Shown one piece after another: positions 58,851-64,000 of a stretch of DNA of 64,000 bases. Source of the DNA: a virus (lineage: Duplodnaviria; Caudoviricetes); the IMG/VR virus record IMGVR_UViG_3300031555_004294, positions 32,001-96,000 of that record; one strand, 5' to 3'. The notes beneath the pieces were generated by a model. It was not told the DNA's origin, made no database searches, and saw only the letters and a program-made list of their open reading frames with translations. The translations under genes and the position numbers were made by a program. Numbering within the stretch: the first letter of the stretch is position 1; every line of letters begins with the position of its first letter.

Positions 58851-60152
58851 TTAGTCACGATTAAAATTAATGGTTTTTACCAAAGATTTTAATTGAGAAG
58901 GAGTAAGATTGAAAATCTTGCTTGTAAACATAGTTTCTAACAGAGTATACTCAGTGATACTTTCAGCTAGAACTAAGTCCATTTTAACACCATTTTCATC
59001 ATTACTTTCAACTAGAATGCTTGATGCATAAGCAATGTTACCTTCAAGAAGGTTTCTAAAGAGAGATTTAGAATTGCGTTCTTGATAACGAGACTTACCA
59101 AAAATGTTTAGAAATTCAGTTGACTCAGACTGGTTTGCATTAACACTAACATTTTTACCGTCAGTCTTAATTGTAATCTGCATAGTGCTATCAGAAGTTT
59201 GTGTAGCATCAGCTTCTACTTCAGGTTCTTCACCTTCAACAGGAGGGACACTGTCAGCAGTAGCATCAGCTTCTACTTCTTCATCAGATGTTTCAAGTTC
59301 ATCAAGTTCGTCATCACCTAAATCATCTTCGTCTAAATCCTCATCGTCAACTTCTAATTCTTCACCTTCGGTTTCCTTTTCCATAGCTTCTAATTCTTCA
59401 TCAGAAAGATCGTCTTCATCTTCGATATCTTCATCAACATCTTCATCTTCGATATCTTCATCTAAAGAATCTGCAGCATCAGCCATTTCTTTTTCGTCTT
59501 CTTTTTCTTCTTCTTTCTGCTTAGAAATCTTCTTCTCTTCTTTAATTGTATCGGTTACCTTCTTTTTAACCTCACCAGCAATTTCATCAGAAAGATCTTT
59601 AGATTTTCTAGCTTCAGAAAGAATACTATCAACAACAGACTCACTGAATACATCAACAGTATCTCTATTTCTAATCTTTTCTTTTACTAAGCCTACTAAC
59701 TCATAGTAAGCGGATTCCATCATTAGGTTTCCATTATTAGTAAAGTTGGATTCAGAAATTACACCGTTTGCAAACATACCTTCAATATAGGTAGTAACCT
59801 TCTCTGATAAGCCTTTCTGCTTTTCAATGTAACTCTCATCAAATACTAAACCAGAGATAACCATCTCTGCTAAATATCTAGACAGAATTTTTGTTGTAAG
59901 TGTTTTCTCTAATCTAATGTCTTCTTGCAATCTTCTACGTCTATTGATCGTATTACTGTTGACAAGATTCTTAGCATTTTGTTCTTTTAAAAGCTCTGCT
60001 TGTGCTTGCTCTCTATAAGCTTCAATCTGCTTTTCATTTTTCATGGTTTCATTGAGATTTTTCAAATTTTCAGAAATTCTTGCATCTCTTTTAGCTGCAT
60101 TAGTTTTGCTATATGGTAAAATCTCAGTTTGGTTGAAATCAAAAAAATTCAT
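58851..60152 (-). CDS. Highly acidic protein, putative prohead core/scaffold or internal protein
   Basis: Long D/E tract; many (I/L/M/F)-x-E sites (LNE, LQE, ISE, ILSE, LLE, LVE, LAE). Confidence 0.55.
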   Translation of the reverse strand: MNFFDFNQTEILPYSKTNAAKRDARISENLKNLNETMKNEKQIEAYREQAQAELLKEQNAKNLVNSNTINRRRRLQEDIRLEKTLTTKILSRYLAEMVISGLVFDESYIEKQKGLSEKVTTYIEGMFANGVISESNFTNNGNLMMESAYYELVGLVKEKIRNRDTVDVFSESVVDSILSEARKSKDLSDEIAGEVKKKVTDTIKEEKKISKQKEEEKEDEKEMADAADSLDEDIEDEDVDEDIEDEDDLSDEELEAMEKETEGEELEVDDEDLDEDDLGDDELDELETSDEEVEADATADSVPPVEGEEPEVEADATQTSDSTMQITIKTDGKNVSVNANQSESTEFLNIFGKSRYQERNSKSLFRNLLEGNIAYASSILVESNDENGVKMDLVLAESITEYTLLETMFTSKIFNLTPSQLKSLVKTINFNRD

Positions 60153-60178
60153 ATTTTAATTTACCAATCCTTTCTTCA

Positions 60179-63100
60179 TTATTTGTAAGTTATAACTATT
60201 CCAACTTGGAAGTTTTCAGAACCCTGAGTATATGCTTCCTTATATACATGGACATTAAGATATTCGGGTACATAATTAATAAGTTGTTTCTTAGACATAT
60301 CTTTAACTGAAGGAAAGTCATGATAGATAATTTGGTTTCCATTAGATTTGATTAACTGACCGTTAAGTTCTTCAAACTCAATGTAGTTTATATCCTCAAA
60401 GTTCTTTTCTAATTCACGAATTAGGTTAGAAATTGCAAACGTATTAGAAGGTTTTTCATTGACTTTTTCTACAAAATCTAGTATAAAGTTTTTGATCTTA
60501 AAGTCTAAATCTTGAGTGTAACTATCAATCAGAGTAATAGACAGTTTCATAGTAATGTTAGTGTTAATATCTGCGCCATTCTTATTATGGAAATGCTTAG
60601 AAGGTCCATAAGTATTGTAGAACTTTAGATTGATGTTTGTATTATTTTCTAACTTGTTAAAGCTATCCTTTAAGATACTGTAGTAAACGTCAAATGTATT
60701 AAAGAAGTCTTTAAACACAGTATAGTTGTATAGATAATGCTTTCCTACAACTGGTAGATCTTTGATTATAATAGCACCGCTCTCAGATGTAATATCTAAT
60801 GTAGGATTGATGATATCACTGGTTATCTTGAAGAAGTTAAATGGAGCATTAGATTCCATTTTAACAGCACAAGAATATTCTATTTCATTTCCATCTGAGT
60901 CTCTATCAATTATAAGATTTAGAGGTTCAGACATAGCTAACGAATTGGAATAATATAGGTTTCCATCTGGATCTCTAAGAGTCTTTACTAAGAAACAGAG
61001 TTCAATGATAACATCTTCAGGTATATACAAGCTTTCTAATACATCACCAATATCTCCATGGTCAGGATCAATATTCTTTACACAATTAACTAGGTTCAGT
61101 CTATTGTCATGTAGTTTGTTATCTGTAGTGAGTGTATATTTGAATTCCAAATTTGAAAAATTATCATTCTCAAAATCAAAGTAACCAAGATATCTTCCAG
61201 TTGTTGTTTTTAACAAACATCTAGCTACTAATATCTTTTCATCCTTACAGTATTTGTAATACTCATTATCATCATCAAAATGATAAACTCTAACTTTTTC
61301 TTCTTTAGCTTTAATGTCCTCTATCGTTGAACGAATATTTGCAAACAACGTAGTATTTAGGTTAAAGCTTAGGAAATATTTATTGATGTCATTTACAACT
61401 TTGTAAGAATACTTAGGAATAGCTTCAATTGCATTTCCATTTTCATCTTTTACCACATACTCGTCTAGTAATTCTTCTGTAGTAGTATCGTACTCCATCA
61501 ATACACTAGTTTCGATGAATCCATTAGTCATAACAGTATTACGTTTAGTTATATTATTTTCATCATCAACATCTAACTCATCTGAAAGTAATCTATCATA
61601 AGTGATAGAACTACGTTTAACATTGACGTTGTTTAATACAAATTCAGATGAAATATTACCATTTATCTCACTGTAATTGAAATAGATATTTTTGTCCAAT
61701 GTATTCGTTACAGTTAGTATATTGGGAAATACATTTCCATCACGTTCTACCAAAGTATAATGAATTGCAAAAGGAATACGATAGACTATATCATTTTCAT
61801 TTACAGATTCATCTTTTAATTTGTAGTCAGATATTAGTAAGTATCCATCACCATTATAAAATCTGAAACCTTCATCAGAAAGTTCATCTTTATACTTACT
61901 GTAGTAGTGCTGGTAATCTTCCTTGTAAGGAATATATATTTTACCATCACTTAAAGTGTATATGTCAGTCTTCTCATCATATTTGATTTCACCTGCAAGT
62001 TTTAAATGTTCAACATCAGACGTAAGTTCAATGTATCTAGGGAACTCATTTGGAATGAAATTAGTAAGCTTTGATTCATCATCACCAACTACTACTCTCA
62101 TTCTACTATCATTTTCATTGTAGACTGTATATTCTTCACCATTATAAGTATAGAAGACATACTCGTCTTCTTCATATGTGTAATTTAACAAGTCCTTCTT
62201 AATGAAAGTTAGATTTTTCATAGAAATGCAATTAGTAGTCTTATCTGTAAAGAGTACATCAGGTCTGTCTCTAAAATCGATTAGCTTATCGTTTGGTAGA
62301 TACTGAATGATCTTCAAAACTTTCATGTCATTTTCATTGATACTATTCCAAGTATCAAAGTCTAAATTATTGTAACCACAAAGTTCATCCAAACCAAACT
62401 TATCAGACAGAGTATATAATGTATCATCTTGTTTGGTGATATAGTAGAATTCTCTATTGTCTTTTGCAAACAATACAGTTTTGTATTCTACAGGAATTAC
62501 ACATTCATTGTCATTATTCCAACACCAAAGGTCTTCAACAGTATCACTTACATTGTTAATGCAAGTCTTGATGAGTGTACTTACTGTTTGTAGCGAATAA
62601 TCCTCTACATCTTCACTAGAATAAACGTGATCAAAATTGTTAATGAGAAGAATGTCTAAAACTGTAGTATTATGGCTTTCTGCAATTGTTTTTAAGGTAT
62701 CATTTAATTGTACCTCATACTCATCATACTGTGTTTTAGAAATTTCTTTTTCAATTTTTGCAATCTTTACAATCTCATCAAATATAAAGTCTTTGTTGTC
62801 ATCATAATCGTTAATCCGTCTTATTTCATCGACAGTCATATTGAACGCAGACGCAACAAACTCTATTTCAACAGTACCTTCAATCTCACAGTAGTTGTAT
62901 CTAGTAACGGTTTCTACTGTTTTTTCTTTATTATTAGGAACTTTTATCGTATAGCTATTTGGAATCACAGTTTCTGTCGTATAGTCAAGAATAATTTCAA
63001 GACCTACTTCTAAGACTTGATCTATTGGAACTGTTTTAAGTGACTCATTATAGTTATAGATTTTCTCTGCTCTTTCAACAACATTTTCAGAAATAGAACC

Positions 63101-64000
63101 AATTGTATCATTTTCCTTAGTTGTATAAGTAACAGGAATTGTGTTTACAATTTCTTTTAGAAGTGGTTCATTTTCTACAGCATTTATATGACCAATTACA
63201 GATTCAATGTAAGCATTGTACTTTTCCTCAACATTTTCATTTCTTTCTGCTAAAGTATTGTAAACGTTTTTAAATTTAGACTGTTCTTCGCCACCAACAG
63301 TTAGAGTTTTACCTAACTTATAAAGATCTTCGAAAGTTAAATTATAGAAGTCTAAAATATCTTGAACAGAAGTAGTTTTAGGATCAAAGATGTCAGAAAT
63401 TACAGCATTTCCATTAAAGCTAGTTGGATCCTTTACAATTAAAACCTTGTCAGTATCAAAGGAATGGTCGCTTATGTTATTTGTAGAAGTTAGATTTTCA
63501 AATGTTATGTTATACTGGTTGCAAATACTTGTAATAGTATCGGTTTCAGTAGTTAAATGATGCTGAATATTTTCAATAGTAGTACTACCAGTAGGTACAT
63601 AATTCTCGTCATATTCTTCTCTATATCTTACAAAAATTCTAGGCGGTTCATAGTCATAGGAAATATAAAGTTCTTCTAAATCAGATTCACCAACTTTATA
63701 GCCTCCGATGCTATTAATCATATCCTTAAACTCAGAATCCTTCAACCAAATATAGAGTTTCTTATACATGTAAATTGCATCCAACTCTTGTTCGTACTCA
63801 CTATAATATTTACCATGTACGGGAGATTCAGAAATGATGTAATTTCTAAGTTTTCCAGTAACGATATTCTTATTCGAGTCAAAGTTGTAAATTGGAATTT
63901 TCTCAAATGCATACGCATTTAAAAATGCTCTTAAACTGTCATTGTACTCCAATAAAAGATCTTCTGTTTCATAGTAATAGAAATTTAAGGATTTTTCATT
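60179..64000 (-). CDS. Large multi-LysM baseplate-wedge-like virion protein (5' end beyond the window)
   Basis: Frame open to position 64000; several LysM-like repeats (YTTKENDTIGSIS, YEVQLNDTLKTIAE, YITKQDDTLYTLS); C-terminal LKFYNTYGPS. Confidence 0.7.
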   Translation of the reverse strand, partial: NEKSLNFYYYETEDLLLEYNDSLRAFLNAYAFEKIPIYNFDSNKNIVTGKLRNYIISESPVHGKYYSEYEQELDAIYMYKKLYIWLKDSEFKDMINSIGGYKVGESDLEELYISYDYEPPRIFVRYREEYDENYVPTGSTTIENIQHHLTTETDTITSICNQYNITFENLTSTNNISDHSFDTDKVLIVKDPTSFNGNAVISDIFDPKTTSVQDILDFYNLTFEDLYKLGKTLTVGGEEQSKFKNVYNTLAERNENVEEKYNAYIESVIGHINAVENEPLLKEIVNTIPVTYTTKENDTIGSISENVVERAEKIYNYNESLKTVPIDQVLEVGLEIILDYTTETVIPNSYTIKVPNNKEKTVETVTRYNYCEIEGTVEIEFVASAFNMTVDEIRRINDYDDNKDFIFDEIVKIAKIEKEISKTQYDEYEVQLNDTLKTIAESHNTTVLDILLINNFDHVYSSEDVEDYSLQTVSTLIKTCINNVSDTVEDLWCWNNDNECVIPVEYKTVLFAKDNREFYYITKQDDTLYTLSDKFGLDELCGYNNLDFDTWNSINENDMKVLKIIQYLPNDKLIDFRDRPDVLFTDKTTNCISMKNLTFIKKDLLNYTYEEDEYVFYTYNGEEYTVYNENDSRMRVVVGDDESKLTNFIPNEFPRYIELTSDVEHLKLAGEIKYDEKTDIYTLSDGKIYIPYKEDYQHYYSKYKDELSDEGFRFYNGDGYLLISDYKLKDESVNENDIVYRIPFAIHYTLVERDGNVFPNILTVTNTLDKNIYFNYSEINGNISSEFVLNNVNVKRSSITYDRLLSDELDVDDENNITKRNTVMTNGFIETSVLMEYDTTTEELLDEYVVKDENGNAIEAIPKYSYKVVNDINKYFLSFNLNTTLFANIRSTIEDIKAKEEKVRVYHFDDDNEYYKYCKDEKILVARCLLKTTTGRYLGYFDFENDNFSNLEFKYTLTTDNKLHDNRLNLVNCVKNIDPDHGDIGDVLESLYIPEDVIIELCFLVKTLRDPDGNLYYSNSLAMSEPLNLIIDRDSDGNEIEYSCAVKMESNAPFNFFKITSDIINPTLDITSESGAIIIKDLPVVGKHYLYNYTVFKDFFNTFDVYYSILKDSFNKLENNTNINLKFYNTYGPSKHFHNKNGADINTNITMKLSITLIDSYTQDLDFKIKNFILDFVEKVNEKPSNTFAISNLIRELEKNFEDINYIEFEELNGQLIKSNGNQIIYHDFPSVKDMSKKQLINYVPEYLNVHVYKEAYTQGSENFQVGIVITYK

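Noticed and set aside
1-64000. Stop-codon reassignment (alternative genetic code) as seen in some gut jumbo phages
   Set aside because: Genes are full length and densely packed under code 11, TAG and TGA both end genes, and no suppressor tRNA was seen.

Overview
This AT-rich 64-kb window is part of a jumbo myovirus genome of the phiKZ/AR9(PBS1)-like type. The host is probably a Gram-positive (Clostridia-like) bacterium, inferred from multiple LysM proteins, strong AAGGAG Shine-Dalgarno sites and Firmicute-like pncA/pncB. Structural genes include tail sheath, tail tube, portal, GroES, a giant tape-measure-like protein with a C39-like peptidase, and LysM baseplate-like proteins. Replication and transcription genes include the N-terminal half of a split family-B DNA polymerase, SbcC/Rad50, RusA, a YdbC/PC4-like protein and multisubunit RNA polymerase subunits. 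The window also carries 9 tRNAs, an NAD salvage pair and several paralogous small-gene families. The main discovery is that the RNA polymerase beta gene (minus strand) is split into exon 1 (44617-41287) and exon 2 (35802-34898) by a 5,484-nt group I intron whose core (P1/IGS, P4-P7, P9, terminal G) looks intact. Its P6a loop, closed by a perfect 15-bp inverted repeat, holds a 5.26-kb operon of 12 genes on the opposite strand with its own promoter and terminator and no recognisable homing endonuclease. All functional calls come from motif recognition by eye; no database searches were run.
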